Of a DNA stretch of 32,000 nt, positions 15,134 to 26,312 are shown in pieces (position 1 is the first letter of the stretch; each line of letters starts with the position of its first letter). Source of the DNA: Geotalea daltonii FRC-32 (lineage in GTDB: Bacteria > Desulfobacterota > Desulfuromonadia > Geobacterales > Geobacteraceae); NCBI RefSeq assembly GCF_000022265.1, contig NC_011979.1, positions 3,120,001-3,152,000 on the forward strand, given 5' to 3'. The notes beneath the pieces are model-generated. The model ran no database searches and had not been told where the DNA came from. It worked only from the letters and a program-made list of their open reading frames with translations. A program made the translations under genes and the position numbers.

Positions 15134-16369
15134 TCAATTTACGTGGTTGCCGGAGATATAGATTTGATCTATACGGGCTTCCTCAATGATCAGGCGGTGC
15201 AGATCCTTTTCCGCCATTGAATCCTCAACTTCCAGCACAAGGAAATCGGCCCGTTTGCCCACTTCGAGGGAACCGAATTCCTCGTCGATCCCCAGGACTT
15301 TGGCTCCGCCAAGTGTTGCCATAGCCAAAAGTTCATCATGCCGAAAAACACCGGGGAACTCATTGAGAATAAAACGCATCTCATCCCAAAGCGAAAGGGA
15401 ATCATTGCTGGCAAGGGAGTCGGTGCCGATCGCCATGGGTATGTCCAGCTTCTTGAACAGATGTAGCGGCGCTTTACCCACGGTAAGCCTGTCATTGCTG
15501 CGCGGACAGATAACAACATTTACTCCTCGTTTTTTCAGTATCTCTCCATCGGCAGGCGTGATGTGCACACAGTGGACGGCAATGGTGGATTGATCCAGAA
15601 CGCCAATGGAATCGAGGTATGCCGTAGACGTAGTCCTTTGAGGCTTCGGCAGGTAAGCTTCCCAATGTATATGGGGATAGAGCAATTCGGCAATCCTGCC
15701 TGTCGAATCATGCATGAATGAGGCTTCTTCGGATGACTCGGACAGGTGCGTCATTATTGGTAAGGACAAGCTGGTTGCAAGTTCCTTGATTTCCCTGAAA
15801 AAAGAAGGTGACAGGGTGTGTGGTGCGTGAGGCGATATGCCGAAACGGGTGTGACCTGATCGGATGACAACTTTCAACTTTTCCTTCAGCTCAGCACATA
15901 GAGCAGGTTCCTGGCCGATAGCCTCAAGAAAGACAATATTTTTAGTCGGTGTTTCGTCATATATTGGCAAAAGTCGCCGATCAGTGAGAATATCGGCTGA
16001 TGCAACGGTACCCGATTCCAGAGATTTGCGCAGTCCTTCCTTCAGGGATAGTTCAAGTTCTTCAGGCTGAAGACCGCGCTTGATCTTTATTACCTGAATG
16101 ACCCAGTCCACATAAGTACGCGGCGAATAGTCCAGATCCTTGCGCAGTTTCCATGAAGGGAAATGGGTCAGCTCCAGATGGGTATGGGCATTCACCAAAC
16201 CTGGCATGATGACACCCTTGGGAAAATCGGTGACTGGAGCGTCATAATCAAATCGCAGACGCTCGACCGGCCCCACATCCCTGATTCGGCCATTTTCCAC
16301 CAGGATGCCCCCGTGTGCAATGGGAGAGGAAGATATGGGCATTACGGTTGAAGCGGCGAAGATTCTCAT
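15134..16369 (-). CDS. Amidohydrolase family protein (metal-dependent deaminase/chlorohydrolase-like)
   Basis: N-terminal beta-sandwich region (HGGILVENGRIRDVG), the metal-binding GLVNAHTHLELT motif, and the later HCVH and GTDS motifs typical of amidohydrolase_1. Confidence 0.75.
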   Translation of the reverse strand: MRIFAASTVMPISSSPIAHGGILVENGRIRDVGPVERLRFDYDAPVTDFPKGVIMPGLVNAHTHLELTHFPSWKLRKDLDYSPRTYVDWVIQVIKIKRGLQPEELELSLKEGLRKSLESGTVASADILTDRRLLPIYDETPTKNIVFLEAIGQEPALCAELKEKLKVVIRSGHTRFGISPHAPHTLSPSFFREIKELATSLSLPIMTHLSESSEEASFMHDSTGRIAELLYPHIHWEAYLPKPQRTTSTAYLDSIGVLDQSTIAVHCVHITPADGEILKKRGVNVVICPRSNDRLTVGKAPLHLFKKLDIPMAIGTDSLASNDSLSLWDEMRFILNEFPGVFRHDELLAMATLGGAKVLGIDEEFGSLEVGKRADFLVLEVEDSMAEKDLHRLIIEEARIDQIYISGNHVN

Positions 16370-16415
16370 GGCATCCTCTGAAAGGCAAAATTTATTGCTG
16401 CCTTTCTGCTCATTG

Positions 16416-17264
16416 TTATTCCTCCCCTAAAACCCTATTGTCAATGAGCCGTGTCTTTCCAATTTTAACAGCCAATGCTACCACTGTCTGTTCATCTGCC
16501 GTATCCACTGCCGCCAGGTTCAAACCATGGCGAAATTCCACATAATCAATTGCCGCACATCTCTCCTTGCTGATCATATCGAGAACAAGGTTTTTGAGAG
16601 CTGCCACTGATCGTTCTCCTTTGCAGAAGGCAGTTCTTACCGCGTTCAGGGAATTGGACAAACAGAGGGCGCTTACACGTTCCGCCGGCGACAGGTAAGA
16701 GTTGCGGGAACTCATTGCCAGACCATCCGCTTCACGGACGATGGGCATGCCAATCACCTCAACAGGCATATTAAGGTCGGCGACCATCTGCCTGATCACT
16801 GCCAATTGCTGATAGTCCTTCTGACCAAACAACGCAACATGCGGTGATACGATGTTAAAAAACTTGGCCACCACAGTAGTCACGCCGCGGAAGTGACCGG
16901 GCCGGTTTGCTCCGCACAGTGGCAGTGTCAACTCTTCCACGTTTACATAGGTCTGGTAATCGGCGGGATACATATCCGCAGCCCTGGGAGCAAAGATCAA
17001 ATCCACTCCGGCTGCTTCTGCAATCCGCATGTCGTTTTCCATATCCCGTGGATAGCTGTCAAAATCCTCTCCCACGCCGAATTGGGTGGGATTAACAAAG
17101 ATGCTGGCCACCAGCAAATCGGCACGTTTTTGCCCTTCCACCATAAGAGAAGCATGTCCCTGATGAAGGTAGCCCATGGTGGGTACCAGGGCAATCCGCT
17201 TGCCGTTCGCCCTGGCAGCCTGTGCAATACTCTGCATTTCATCTATGCATTGAATGAGTTCCAT
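16416..17264 (-). CDS. panC: Pantoate--beta-alanine ligase
   Basis: [15 protein letters not shown] (HIGH-type motif), FVNPTQF and MSSRN motifs. The start overlaps the panB stop. Confidence 0.95.
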   Translation of the reverse strand: MELIQCIDEMQSIAQAARANGKRIALVPTMGYLHQGHASLMVEGQKRADLLVASIFVNPTQFGVGEDFDSYPRDMENDMRIAEAAGVDLIFAPRAADMYPADYQTYVNVEELTLPLCGANRPGHFRGVTTVVAKFFNIVSPHVALFGQKDYQQLAVIRQMVADLNMPVEVIGMPIVREADGLAMSSRNSYLSPAERVSALCLSNSLNAVRTAFCKGERSVAALKNLVLDMISKERCAAIDYVEFRHGLNLAAVDTADEQTVVALAVKIGKTRLIDNRVLGEE

Positions 17265-18079
17265 CAGTTGAATGAGTTTCCTTCCGTCGGGAATGCGCCC
17301 TCTTTTACCTCCTGGATATAGCTCGATATGGCTTGAGCTATGACAGGCTTCAGGTCGGCGTAGCGCTTGACGAATTTCGGGGCATACTTTTCACAAAGAC
17401 CGAGGATATCGTGTATTACCAATACCTGGCCGTCACAGGACGGTCCGGCACCAATTCCTATCGTGGGAATGCCCGATTCGCTGGTAATTCTGGCAGCCAG
17501 CGCCGCCGGAATACCTTCCAGGACAACGGCAAAGGCGCCGGCTGACTCTACAGCGCGGGCATCGGCAAGGAGTTTTTCCGCCTGTTCATTGTTTCTTCCC
17601 TGAACGCGGTAGCCTCCCATACGGTGCAGAGACTGGGGAGTAAGTCCAATGTGCGCCACTACCGGGATATCCATGGAGGTGATGGCTTCGATTACCGGGG
17701 CCACATTCACCCCTCCCTCGATCTTTACCGCGGCTGCCCCTCCCTCTTTTATCAGACGACCAGCGTTCAGTCTGGCTGATACCATATCGGTCTGGTAGGA
17801 AAGAAACGGCATATCCGCCACCACCAGCGCCTTCGGCTGAGCTCTTACCACTGCCCGGGTGTGGTAGATCATATCTTCCATAGTCACGGGAAGAGTATTG
17901 TCATAACCTGCATAGACGACACCAACAGAGTCACCGATAAGGATCATATCGATGCCGCAGTCATCCATTATTCTTGCGGTTGGATAATCGTAGCAGGTGA
18001 GCATAGATATCTTCTCGCCCTCTGCTTTCATTTTCTGGATATCCAGTATGGTCGTGGCTTTCTTCAAAGGTTCCTCCAA
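17264..18079 (-). CDS. panB: 3-methyl-2-oxobutanoate hydroxymethyltransferase
   Basis: [40 protein letters not shown] and VKIEGG motifs. The likely true start is the TTG at 18067 ([14 protein letters not shown]...), 5 nt after GGAGG, rather than the track's TTG at 18079. Confidence 0.95.
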   Translation of the reverse strand: MEEPLKKATTILDIQKMKAEGEKISMLTCYDYPTARIMDDCGIDMILIGDSVGVVYAGYDNTLPVTMEDMIYHTRAVVRAQPKALVVADMPFLSYQTDMVSARLNAGRLIKEGGAAAVKIEGGVNVAPVIEAITSMDIPVVAHIGLTPQSLHRMGGYRVQGRNNEQAEKLLADARAVESAGAFAVVLEGIPAALAARITSESGIPTIGIGAGPSCDGQVLVIHDILGLCEKYAPKFVKRYADLKPVIAQAISSYIQEVKEGAFPTEGNSFN

Positions 18080-18080
18080 T

Positions 18081-18111
18081 AATAAAAGCGCCCACTGGCT
18101 AAGGGGGCGCT
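18081..18111 (-). terminator. Intrinsic-terminator-like hairpin ending a few nt upstream of the panB SD (MCP terminator and/or panBC attenuator)
   Basis: Minus strand: AGCGCCC-CCUUAGCCAGU-GGGCGCU followed by UUUAUUAUU, then immediately GGAGG of panB. It lies 215 nt downstream of the MCP stop. Confidence 0.5.
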
Positions 18112-18325
18112 GGTATGAATCTACAAGAGAAAGTTATCTCTTTTCAGCTATTGCCTCCCGTCCCGGTTCTGTTGAATCCTGGCGGTATGTTCGTTGTCAG
18201 AGGAGATTTGTCGGATCCGCACAAATGTTACGGCCCATCTCACTGTAATTGTCAATATTAGTACCAGAATACCGAATTAAAGTCTACCATTTTTTAACAG
18301 TGTTTGAAAATGCGGTTTTCCCGGC

Positions 18326-20305
18326 TCAACTGGCTATGGACTTGATTACTTCCAACTCGCTCACTACTGCACGGCTGTCTTCCTGCCTCTTTTCCAGGTC
18401 GTCGAAGACGCCAACTATCAGTCCTCCCACGGCATCCACCGATGTTTTGATTTCGCTTCCTTCAGAAGCCTGTTTTACCGTTGCTGTAACCATCTCTTCT
18501 GTCATTTCCTTAATGGATTCGATGGCCTTGCCGATATTTCTTGTTGCCTTCGCCTGCTCCTTGGAGGCATTGAATATCTGGGAGGTCATGGTGCTCACAT
18601 CTTCAATGGAGCGGGTAACCAGCTGTACGCTCTGTGCCTGCTCTTCGGTAGCAATCTTGATCTGCTCGGTCATCTCCATGGCACGTTTGGAACTGTCCTC
18701 AATCATGCCCAACGCAGCACCTGTTTCTTTCCCCAGCTTGACCCCTTTCTGTACCAGCTCCTTGGTCATGGTCACATTGCCGGCCGCAATGCGCGATTCT
18801 TGCATGATCTCTTCGATAATAGAGGTAATTTCTCCAGTGGATTGACCGGTCTGCAGCGAAAGGTTTCTTATTTCATCGGCTACTACGCCGAAACTTTTGC
18901 CGTAATCTCCAGCCTGGGCAGCAATAATCGAGGCATTCAACGCCAAAAGATTCGTCCGTTTCGTTATTTCATTGATGACACTTACTATGTTGTCGATCCG
19001 GCTGCTGTTCTCACTCAGGCGTTTAATCCCCTCGTAGGACAGATCTACAGCCTTTTGTATCTCAGCCAGAGAGGTGATTGTTTCGGAAACGACAACTCTT
19101 ATCTTGTCGCTATGAGCCTTGACCTGGCTTGAGACATTGTGGGAAACAACGGTATTGGATTCCACCTGCTTGATCGTTCTGGAAATTTCCTCCATTGCCG
19201 AAACGGATTTGTCCACACTTTCAGCGAGAAAATCCAGGTTTTTCGTAATCTGTTCAGTGGCAACCGATATTTCTGTTACAGCGGCGCTTGTTTCGTCCAC
19301 GGAAGCCAATACGCTTTCAGACGCAGATGAAATGTGGGTGGCGCTATCGGCAATTGTCCCAGCAGAAGCCTTGAGACGATTTACATTACGGGAACAGGTA
19401 TCCCGATTATTGAGAAGCTCGGAGAAAGTCTTACCCAGTTGCAGCGTCAGGGTATCGATGGCCTGCAGGAGGTTTATCCGGGTGATGGCGGAGGCAGCCT
19501 GATCGGCAAAAAGTTTGATTGTGTCGGAATCCGTATCATTCAAGGTCCGTTGGCTGAACCTGTTATCAATGCCGAAAACGCCCCAGGATTCGCCTTTGAC
19601 AACAATGGGACAGAGAACGAAGCTACGCGACCGAAGGGGATGAATGGTATCGTAAGGGGATTTGAGATGAAAATCGGATGGATACTTGGTAATATCATCG
19701 ACCAAATAAAGTTTCTTTTCGGAAAAACATTTGAATATGACACCACTCCTGCCATCAAGAGGCAAGGAAACATTTGTGCGGTCGAAATTATCGGAACCAG
19801 TTGCCGCAGCAAAACGGAGTTCCTTTCTCTCCTCATCGACCATAAGAAGATTGACACGATCATAACCCAGAATGTCGTGTAATCCTTCGGCGCACAGAGA
19901 AAGAACTTCCTGAATGTTTATGGTTTTCTGAATCCGGCTGCTAATGTGGTGAAAATTTTTGATGTTGTTGTCAAGGACTTTGTAGCGGTTCTCGAAAATT
20001 TCCTTTTGAGAAGCCACCTCCTTATGCAGGGCATCCAGTTCCACCGCCCTTTCATGGAGTTCATCACCGGCCTTGCCTATGAAAAATCCTACCACTGCCA
20101 GAACCAGCGCCGTGCCGATCCCCATATACAGATAAAGAGCAAAATGGTAATTGCTTTTTACAACATCGGTGACGATCTGGGAAAGAAGAGAAACCTCTTT
20201 GTCACGCAGAAAAATAAGGCGGATGGCAGTCCAACCTATTGGTGCACCGACACCGAGAATAAACCCTAAAAAGGCGTATAGCCTGCTTCGCTTGATTTTG
20301 TCCAT
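18326..20305 (-). CDS. Methyl-accepting chemotaxis protein with 2 TM segments and a cytoplasmic GAF domain
   Basis: MCP signalling-domain core [32 protein letters not shown]-terminal hydrophobic segments. GAF-like region ([22 protein letters not shown]...). The ATG at 20305 (MDKIKRS...) is preferred over the track's TTG at 20347. Confidence 0.9.
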   Translation of the reverse strand: MDKIKRSRLYAFLGFILGVGAPIGWTAIRLIFLRDKEVSLLSQIVTDVVKSNYHFALYLYMGIGTALVLAVVGFFIGKAGDELHERAVELDALHKEVASQKEIFENRYKVLDNNIKNFHHISSRIQKTINIQEVLSLCAEGLHDILGYDRVNLLMVDEERKELRFAAATGSDNFDRTNVSLPLDGRSGVIFKCFSEKKLYLVDDITKYPSDFHLKSPYDTIHPLRSRSFVLCPIVVKGESWGVFGIDNRFSQRTLNDTDSDTIKLFADQAASAITRINLLQAIDTLTLQLGKTFSELLNNRDTCSRNVNRLKASAGTIADSATHISSASESVLASVDETSAAVTEISVATEQITKNLDFLAESVDKSVSAMEEISRTIKQVESNTVVSHNVSSQVKAHSDKIRVVVSETITSLAEIQKAVDLSYEGIKRLSENSSRIDNIVSVINEITKRTNLLALNASIIAAQAGDYGKSFGVVADEIRNLSLQTGQSTGEITSIIEEIMQESRIAAGNVTMTKELVQKGVKLGKETGAALGMIEDSSKRAMEMTEQIKIATEEQAQSVQLVTRSIEDVSTMTSQIFNASKEQAKATRNIGKAIESIKEMTEEMVTATVKQASEGSEIKTSVDAVGGLIVGVFDDLEKRQEDSRAVVSELEVIKSIAS

Positions 20306-20400
20306 TAAAGCTGCACCCTCCAAAACAATGCCATCGCCAGGGTTCAAAGAATTCCACAGCAGTTTAGGGTACTTGATCGGCTATTGTCAATTGTTAATCA

Positions 20401-21486
20401 TCACCTGCCAAGCATTATCCCCAAATTTACGGCAGATTTCACCATTTCACCATCGGGATCCACAACTTTAAGCTGTTTGATCGCCTTTTCAATGGCTACA
20501 TTGCCAATATCCCTTCCTTTGAGACATACCATCGTGCCGAACTCATTCCGGTCAACAAGTTCCACAGCCTTGACTCCGAAACGGCTTCCCAGACACCTGT
20601 CAAAGGTGGATGGTGATCCGCCGCGCTGCAGGTGACCGAGCACCATAACCCGTACATCCATGTCCAGGTTCGCGGCTAGCTCGTTCGCCACGAATTCTCC
20701 GACGCCGCCCAAACGCTCAATGGCATGAGTAGCATCGGCGCTGTTTTTTACAACTCTCATGCCCCCCGCAGGAAAGGCCCCTTCAGCTGCCACAATAATA
20801 CTGAAACGGCTGCCGTTGTTACGCCTTTTTTCTATGGCCAGGCAGATTTTCCGGATGTCGAAAGGGATTTCAGGTATGAGGATGACATCTGCACCTCCGG
20901 CTATACCTGATTCCAAAGCTATCCAGCCGGCATATCTTCCCATGACCTCCATTATCATCACCCGGTGATGGCTCTCTGCAGTGGAATGCAGTTTGTCCAG
21001 TGCATCGGTTGCCGTTTCAAGGGCAGTATTGTAACCGAAGGTCACATCCGTTTCCATCAGGTCGTTATCGATGGTTTTCGGTACACCGACAATGGGCACA
21101 CCCTTGTTCATCAAATCCATTGCGATCTTAAAGGAGCCTTCACCGCCGATAACGACCAGAGCCCCTATGCCAAGAGATTTTATTCGTTCAACAACTTCAT
21201 TGGAAGAATCAACATATTCGATCTTGCCCCCCTTTTCAACCGGACGGGCGAAGGGGTTACCCCTGTTGGAAGTTCCGAGAATGGTCCCTCCACGGGGGAG
21301 GATACCGCGCACATCATCGATGGATAACTGACGACATCTGCCGGTCAGCAATCCGTCGAAACCGTCCTCAATACCGACTACTTCCCAGCCGTGTTGAATG
21401 ATGGCTGCTTTAACGACGCCTCTGATGACTGCATTAAGCCCTGGACAGTCTCCACCGCCGGTAAGTACGCCAATCCGTTTTTTCAT
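20401..21486 (-). CDS. pfkA: 6-phosphofructokinase (ATP-dependent PfkA family)
   Basis: MKKRIGVLTGGGDCPGLNAVIRGVV, GGEGS, PKTIDNDL and MGR motifs. The ATG at 21486 is preceded by AGGAGGAGC. The 26-codon extension in the track would overlap the upstream gene, so I reject it. Confidence 0.9.
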   Translation of the reverse strand: MKKRIGVLTGGGDCPGLNAVIRGVVKAAIIQHGWEVVGIEDGFDGLLTGRCRQLSIDDVRGILPRGGTILGTSNRGNPFARPVEKGGKIEYVDSSNEVVERIKSLGIGALVVIGGEGSFKIAMDLMNKGVPIVGVPKTIDNDLMETDVTFGYNTALETATDALDKLHSTAESHHRVMIMEVMGRYAGWIALESGIAGGADVILIPEIPFDIRKICLAIEKRRNNGSRFSIIVAAEGAFPAGGMRVVKNSADATHAIERLGGVGEFVANELAANLDMDVRVMVLGHLQRGGSPSTFDRCLGSRFGVKAVELVDRNEFGTMVCLKGRDIGNVAIEKAIKQLKVVDPDGEMVKSAVNLGIMLGR

Positions 21487-21511
21487 GGATGCTCCTCCTG
21501 AATAGAATGCA

Positions 21512-22468
21512 TTAAATGGAAGCCATTGCCATTGCTGCGGCGCCGAGAATGCCGGCATCATCACCCAGCTCGCTTTTGATCACTTTGAGTCTCCGTGCCG
21601 GAATGGGAAAAGCTCTGGCAACAATCTCCCTGCGCATGGGTTGGGCAATGAGGTCAAAGCTTGCCGCCACCCCACCACCGAGAATGATGCCGTCCAAGTT
21701 CAAAAGATTTGCCACCAAAGCCGAGGCAATACCAAGATAACGACCTGCCTGCTCGAATATTGACCGGGCCAGTGAATCTCCTTTAGCGGCCGCCTCGGCG
21801 ATGATGGCGCTGGTAATCTCCGCGGGGGGGATGTGCGCGAGACAGCTGCTGCCCCCCCGATGCAATGCATCCATAGTGGCTGATACTATGGCGCTTGCCG
21901 ATGAATACTGTTCCAGGCAGCCGTGGTTGCCACACCTGCACAGCCTGCCTTCAGGTTCAACTGTTGCATGACCAAATTCAGCAGCCACGCCGTCAACTCC
22001 CGTCCACAGTCCATCATTCAGCACAAGGCCACTACCGACGCCTGTGCCAAGGGTAAGCATGAGGAATGATGCCATACCTTTGCCGGCGCCGAAACACTTC
22101 TCACCCCATGCCCAGGCATTGGCGTCGTTGACAACGATCGTTGGCAGCCCAGTGGCTTGGCAAATCAGCTGGCGGAGGTTGAGTCCCTCCAGGGGCTGCA
22201 GGTTAACCGAGGAGTACACCAGCCCCTCATTGGAAATCAAGCCTGGGACTCCGACTCCGATGCCAACAACCTGCCAGCCTTCAGCCGTGCCTTTTTTTTT
22301 CAGATAATCAAGGCTTGAGTAAAGGCGGGCAAGAAAGTCGTCCCGTCCCCTGTTTATTTCCGTCGATTGCCGCTCTTTGAATAAAAGCCTCCCTGCTTGA
22401 TCAACCAGGCAAAATCTTAGATTTGTCCCACCCACATCAATGGCAATGCAAATCTTTTCTTTTGTCAT
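21512..22468 (-). CDS. ROK family glucokinase
   Basis: IAIDVGGTNLRF (ATP-binding), the ROK signature region, and the zinc motif GHATVEPEGRLCRCGNHGCLEQY. Confidence 0.85.
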   Translation of the reverse strand: MTKEKICIAIDVGGTNLRFCLVDQAGRLLFKERQSTEINRGRDDFLARLYSSLDYLKKKGTAEGWQVVGIGVGVPGLISNEGLVYSSVNLQPLEGLNLRQLICQATGLPTIVVNDANAWAWGEKCFGAGKGMASFLMLTLGTGVGSGLVLNDGLWTGVDGVAAEFGHATVEPEGRLCRCGNHGCLEQYSSASAIVSATMDALHRGGSSCLAHIPPAEITSAIIAEAAAKGDSLARSIFEQAGRYLGIASALVANLLNLDGIILGGGVAASFDLIAQPMRREIVARAFPIPARRLKVIKSELGDDAGILGAAAMAMASI

Positions 22469-22962
22469 AATTCGACCTTTCCGGCCGCAGTAAATCCTGC
22501 CAGCAGCCTGTCATAGGTGGTCAGGAGGTTTTCTGGCATTACCCGCAAATCAGATATCACCGTCATGAAATTGGTGTCACCGTTCCACCTGGGGACCAGG
22601 TGAATGTGAAGATGATCGTCAATCCCGGCGCCGGCTGCGTGCCCCAGGTTGAGCCCCACGTTGTAGCCTTGGGGAGATGCCTCTTTTTCCACAACGTTGC
22701 GAGACAGTTGCAACACCTTGAACAGGTCAAGCATCTCCTCGTCACTCAGTGAATTCATATCGGCCGTATGTCGCAACGGGGCAACCATGAGATGACCATT
22801 TGTATATGGGTACCTGTTCAGCATCACCAGTGACAGTTTGGTTCGGTAGAGTATGAGCCTGTCGCGGTCAATGGCTTCGTCAGGTCCAATGCACAACACG
22901 CACCCCTCAGACTTTGAATTTTCAATGTATTCCATGCGCCATGGAGCCCAAAGCCGTTCCAT
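22465..22962 (-). CDS. HIT family protein (nucleotide hydrolase/transferase)
   Basis: Histidine-triad motif DDHLHIHLVPRW. N-terminal WAPWRMEYI, typical of the Ap4A-phosphorylase-like HIT subgroup. Confidence 0.85.
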   Translation of the reverse strand: MERLWAPWRMEYIENSKSEGCVLCIGPDEAIDRDRLILYRTKLSLVMLNRYPYTNGHLMVAPLRHTADMNSLSDEEMLDLFKVLQLSRNVVEKEASPQGYNVGLNLGHAAGAGIDDHLHIHLVPRWNGDTNFMTVISDLRVMPENLLTTYDRLLAGFTAAGKVEL

Positions 22963-23080
22963 ATGTCACCGTCCTTGAATGTAATCATTTGAATTATTAC
23001 TAAATACCTTGATTTTACAATCTTTGCCATTACTATTTCGTTCCAATAAAATCATTTTATATTTTACCTATATTAAATTC

Positions 23081-23110
23081 TTGACAACTAATAACCAAAG
23101 TGCTTAATGT
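23081..23110 (+). promoter_or_regulatory. Candidate sigma70 promoter for maeB
   Basis: TTGACA (23081..23086), an 18-nt spacer, then TAATGT (23105..23110), within an AT-rich divergent intergenic region. AAAGGAGGG precedes the ATG at 23214. Confidence 0.3.
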
Positions 23111-23213
23111 AGGCATCTGCTGGCCACACAACGTTTTTCTAAAACTATGTTAGAATTTTAGAGAAGACAAATTTTAAATTAAAGTAAAAGGATAGCCACC
23201 AAAGGAGGGCCGT

Positions 23214-25466
23214 ATGACAAAAAAAATGGATGCATTAGAGTATCATTCCACCGGTCGCAAAGGGAAAATAGAAGTCATTTCTTCAAAACCCTGTCTCACG
23301 TCACGTGATCTTTCTCTGGCCTACTCACCGGGGGTCGCTGAACCCTGTCTTGAAATAGAAAAGAACCCGGAAGACGCCTTCAAATACACTGCCAAGGGCA
23401 ATCTGGTCGCCGTAATCTCAAATGGAACCGCCGTCCTTGGCCTCGGCAACATTGGCGCACTTGCCGGCAAGCCGGTTATGGAAGGGAAAGGTGTTCTTTT
23501 CAAGCGTTTCGCCGACATAGATGTTTTCGACCTGGAGATCAATTCGGAAAACCCCGAAGAAGTGATTAAGGTCTGTCAACTTCTGGAACCGACCTTCGGC
23601 GGCATAAATCTGGAGGATATAAAGGCACCGGAATGTTTTTATATCGAAGAAGAGCTGAAAAAAACGATGAACATACCGGTTTTCCACGATGATCAGCATG
23701 GCACAGCGATCATTTCATCGGCGGCACTGATCAACGCTCTTACATTAGTGAACAAAAAGATCGAGGATATAAAAATTGTCGTCAATGGCGCCGGTGCTTC
23801 CGCCAACGCCTGTGCAAACCTGGCCATTTCCCTTGGAGTCAGGCGGGAAAACCTGATCATGTGCGACACAAAAGGTGTTATTTATAAAGGTCGTACCGAA
23901 GGGATGAACAAGTATAAGGAAAGATTTGCCGTCGATACATCTCTTCGCACTCTTGAAGAGGCGGCCAGTGGTGCCGACGTCCTCTTCGGTCTCTCGTCCA
24001 AAGGGGCATTTACCCCCGAAATGGTACGCAAAATGGCCACTAATCCTATCATTTTCGCCATGGCCAATCCCGACCCGGAAATAACCCCCGAAGAAGCTCA
24101 TGCCGTGCGCGGCGACATCATCATCGCCACCGGCCGATCCGACTATCCCAACCAAGTAAATAACGTTCTCGGCTTCCCTTTCATCTTTCGTGGCGCCCTT
24201 GATGTGAGGGCCACCACCATCAATGAAGAAATGAAAAAAGCTGCCGTTGCGGCTCTCGCCGATCTGGCAAGAGAGGAGTGCCCGGATTCTGTCTGCCGAG
24301 CTTATGGCAATGTCAAGTTTGCCTTTGGTCGTGACTATATCATTCCCAAGCCATTCGACCCAAGAGCACTGCTACGAGTCGCCCCGGCCGTTGCAAAAGC
24401 GGCCATGGATTCAGGCGTTGCCAGGCAGCCCATACCTGATATGGATAAATATGTCGAACATCTGGAATCCCTGCAAGGAAAAGCCAAGGAAACACTGCGC
24501 ATGATCATCAACAAGGCGAAGTGCGATCCAAAACGTATCGCCTTCCCTGAAGGTGACAACGAAAAAATACTCAGGGCGGCGCAGCTTGTGGTGGAGGAGG
24601 GTATTGCCTCACCTCTTTTGATAGGCAACCGTTCGAAGATTCTGCAAAAAATGGAAGAGATGAACATAGATTCAAATGGCCTTACTATCATCGATCCCGA
24701 TGAATATGAGAAGACAGAAAGCTATGCCCAGGAACTTTACCGGCTGCGTCAGCGTAAAGGTTTGACCCTTTCGGAAGCACGCCGCATCATGAGAAGAAAG
24801 TCCCGCACCCACTTCGGCTGTATGATGGTAAGGATGGGTGATGCCGACACACTTCTTTCCGGAATCGATACCCATTATCCGGAAACAATCAGGCCTGCCC
24901 TTGAAGTCATCGGTAAGCAGCCCGGGCTTAGCAGCGTCCACGGCCTCTACATGATGGTATTCAAGAAAGGCATATTCTTCATGTCCGACACCACCGTAGA
25001 AATTGATCCAAATGCGGAAGAATTGGCTGAAACCGCCATCCTGGCAGCAGATAAAGTGCGCATGTTGGACATTGAGCCTAAACTGGCCATGCTCTCCTTT
25101 TCCAACTTCGGCTCGGTTCAGCATCCCGATGCCCTTAAGGTAAAAAAGGCAGTGGAGATCGTCAAAGAGAAGGTCCCCGGCCTTGAAATCGAAGGTGAAA
25201 TGCAGGCCGATACTGCTGTAGTTCCCGAACTGCTTGAAAACTACCAGTTCAGCGCCCTCAAGGGTCCGGCAAATGTTCTCATATTCCCCGACCTGAACTC
25301 CGGGAATATCTGTTATAAACTCCTTCATCGACTGGGGGGAGCTGAAGCAATCGGTCCCATACTCATGGGTATGGACAAGCCGGTACACGTATTGCAGCGG
25401 GGCGATGATGTAACCGATATTCTCAACATGGCAGCCATCGCCGTGGTTGACGCCCAGAATTCATAA
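23214..25466 (+). CDS. maeB: NADP-dependent malic enzyme (malic enzyme domain plus C-terminal phosphotransacetylase-like domain)
   Basis: [36 protein letters not shown] and a 750-aa two-domain architecture characteristic of MaeB. Confidence 0.95.
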   Translation: MTKKMDALEYHSTGRKGKIEVISSKPCLTSRDLSLAYSPGVAEPCLEIEKNPEDAFKYTAKGNLVAVISNGTAVLGLGNIGALAGKPVMEGKGVLFKRFADIDVFDLEINSENPEEVIKVCQLLEPTFGGINLEDIKAPECFYIEEELKKTMNIPVFHDDQHGTAIISSAALINALTLVNKKIEDIKIVVNGAGASANACANLAISLGVRRENLIMCDTKGVIYKGRTEGMNKYKERFAVDTSLRTLEEAASGADVLFGLSSKGAFTPEMVRKMATNPIIFAMANPDPEITPEEAHAVRGDIIIATGRSDYPNQVNNVLGFPFIFRGALDVRATTINEEMKKAAVAALADLAREECPDSVCRAYGNVKFAFGRDYIIPKPFDPRALLRVAPAVAKAAMDSGVARQPIPDMDKYVEHLESLQGKAKETLRMIINKAKCDPKRIAFPEGDNEKILRAAQLVVEEGIASPLLIGNRSKILQKMEEMNIDSNGLTIIDPDEYEKTESYAQELYRLRQRKGLTLSEARRIMRRKSRTHFGCMMVRMGDADTLLSGIDTHYPETIRPALEVIGKQPGLSSVHGLYMMVFKKGIFFMSDTTVEIDPNAEELAETAILAADKVRMLDIEPKLAMLSFSNFGSVQHPDALKVKKAVEIVKEKVPGLEIEGEMQADTAVVPELLENYQFSALKGPANVLIFPDLNSGNICYKLLHRLGGAEAIGPILMGMDKPVHVLQRGDDVTDILNMAAIAVVDAQNS

Positions 25467-25494
25467 CAGAAGCTACATCAACCTCTGCAAAAAA

Positions 25495-25521
25495 GGCCGC
25501 CCCCGATGGTGGCCTTTTTTT
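25495..25521 (+). terminator. Rho-independent terminator of maeB
   Basis: GGCCGCC-CCCGAT-GGTGGCC (7-bp stem with one G:U pair) followed by T7. Confidence 0.75.
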
Positions 25522-25529
25522 CTTTGCAG

Positions 25530-25559
25530 TTGTCAATTTTGTCTCGAATCTGCTATATT
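25530..25559 (+). promoter_or_regulatory. Candidate sigma70 promoter for the TonB-like gene
   Basis: TTGTCA (25530..25535), an 18-nt spacer, then TATATT (25554..25559). Confidence 0.3.
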
Positions 25560-25598
25560 TCCCAAGTTTTTTAGCAATAACCATGGAGGTCAAAACTA

Positions 25599-26312
25599 AT
25601 GGCTCAGGCACTGGAGGTAATGCCTTCATCCCTTCAGCCCCGCGGGCATCAAGCTTTCCGCCTGACGGTTGTCCTGTCTATTCTCTTGCACCTGACAGTT
25701 TTTGCAGGCTTGACAGGCAGCAAAAACGGCAGGGTCGGGAAAAAAAACATCGCTTTCATGGATATGACCATGTCTTATCCTGCAGCCAGACCTGAAACAT
25801 CCGCTTCTGTTTTCAGAAATCCACACTCTGCCATTCCCCAACAAATACCCGCGAGAGCGATTTCTGACCCGTCTGAGCTGAGCAACATGCAGGAAAAAAT
25901 AGAGAAGAACCTGCAAGCATCCGGCAGCGCCAGTGCCATACAACAGGTTTCAGTCGGGCTGGGGGCAACGCGGGGTTATTTCCGCAGCCTCGGTGATGGA
26001 GAAACCCTCCGAGAGGACATACAGGCATACTACTTTGAGTTACTGCAGAACATCAACGAGAAGTGGTGGCTTGATAAAGACATAGACAGGATGGGAATCA
26101 AGGAGGTGGTGATGAATATCGTCATCGCCAGAGATGGGACTATCGTTGCAAAAGAGCTTGTGCACAGTTCGGGTAATACAGGTTATGACAAGGCAGTACT
26201 GAAGGCTCTGGACGGTGCCGGATCTCTTCCCCCCCTGCCAGAGACCTACAATGGCGATTTTTTTCTCGCCCCCATCCGTCTGGTTGCCCCCTTGAATTTA
26301 TTGGCTTCCTGA
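25599..26312 (+). CDS. TonB C-terminal domain-containing protein (energy-transducer TonB-like)
   Basis: N-terminal TM anchor FRLTVVLSILLHLTVFAGL. C-terminal VVMNIVIARDGTIVAKELVHSSGNTGYDKAVLKALDGAGSLPPLP matches the TonB_C pattern. Confidence 0.6.
   Translation: MAQALEVMPSSLQPRGHQAFRLTVVLSILLHLTVFAGLTGSKNGRVGKKNIAFMDMTMSYPAARPETSASVFRNPHSAIPQQIPARAISDPSELSNMQEKIEKNLQASGSASAIQQVSVGLGATRGYFRSLGDGETLREDIQAYYFELLQNINEKWWLDKDIDRMGIKEVVMNIVIARDGTIVAKELVHSSGNTGYDKAVLKALDGAGSLPPLPETYNGDFFLAPIRLVAPLNLLAS

Noticed and set aside
16380-16406. An 8-bp hairpin GAAAGGCA-N11-TGCCTTTC between panC and the amidohydrolase gene, considered as a terminator.
   Set aside because: No T-run follows it on the coding (minus) strand, and the downstream SD and ATG come immediately after. 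It is probably just an intercistronic stem-loop, and there is too little evidence to assign a function.
21487-21564. A 26-codon N-terminal extension of pfk (MMMPAFSAPQQWQWLPF...) suggested by the ORF track.
   Set aside because: It overlaps the 3' end of the glucokinase gene. The conserved PFK N-terminus (MKKRIGVLTGGGDCPGLN) starts at the ATG at 21486, which has a strong AGGAGG.
23119-23140. Possible sigma54 (-24/-12) promoter, ctGGccacacaacgtt, upstream of maeB.
   Set aside because: The -12 element is GT rather than GC, and the flanking consensus (TGGCAC-N5-TTGC) is poorly matched.
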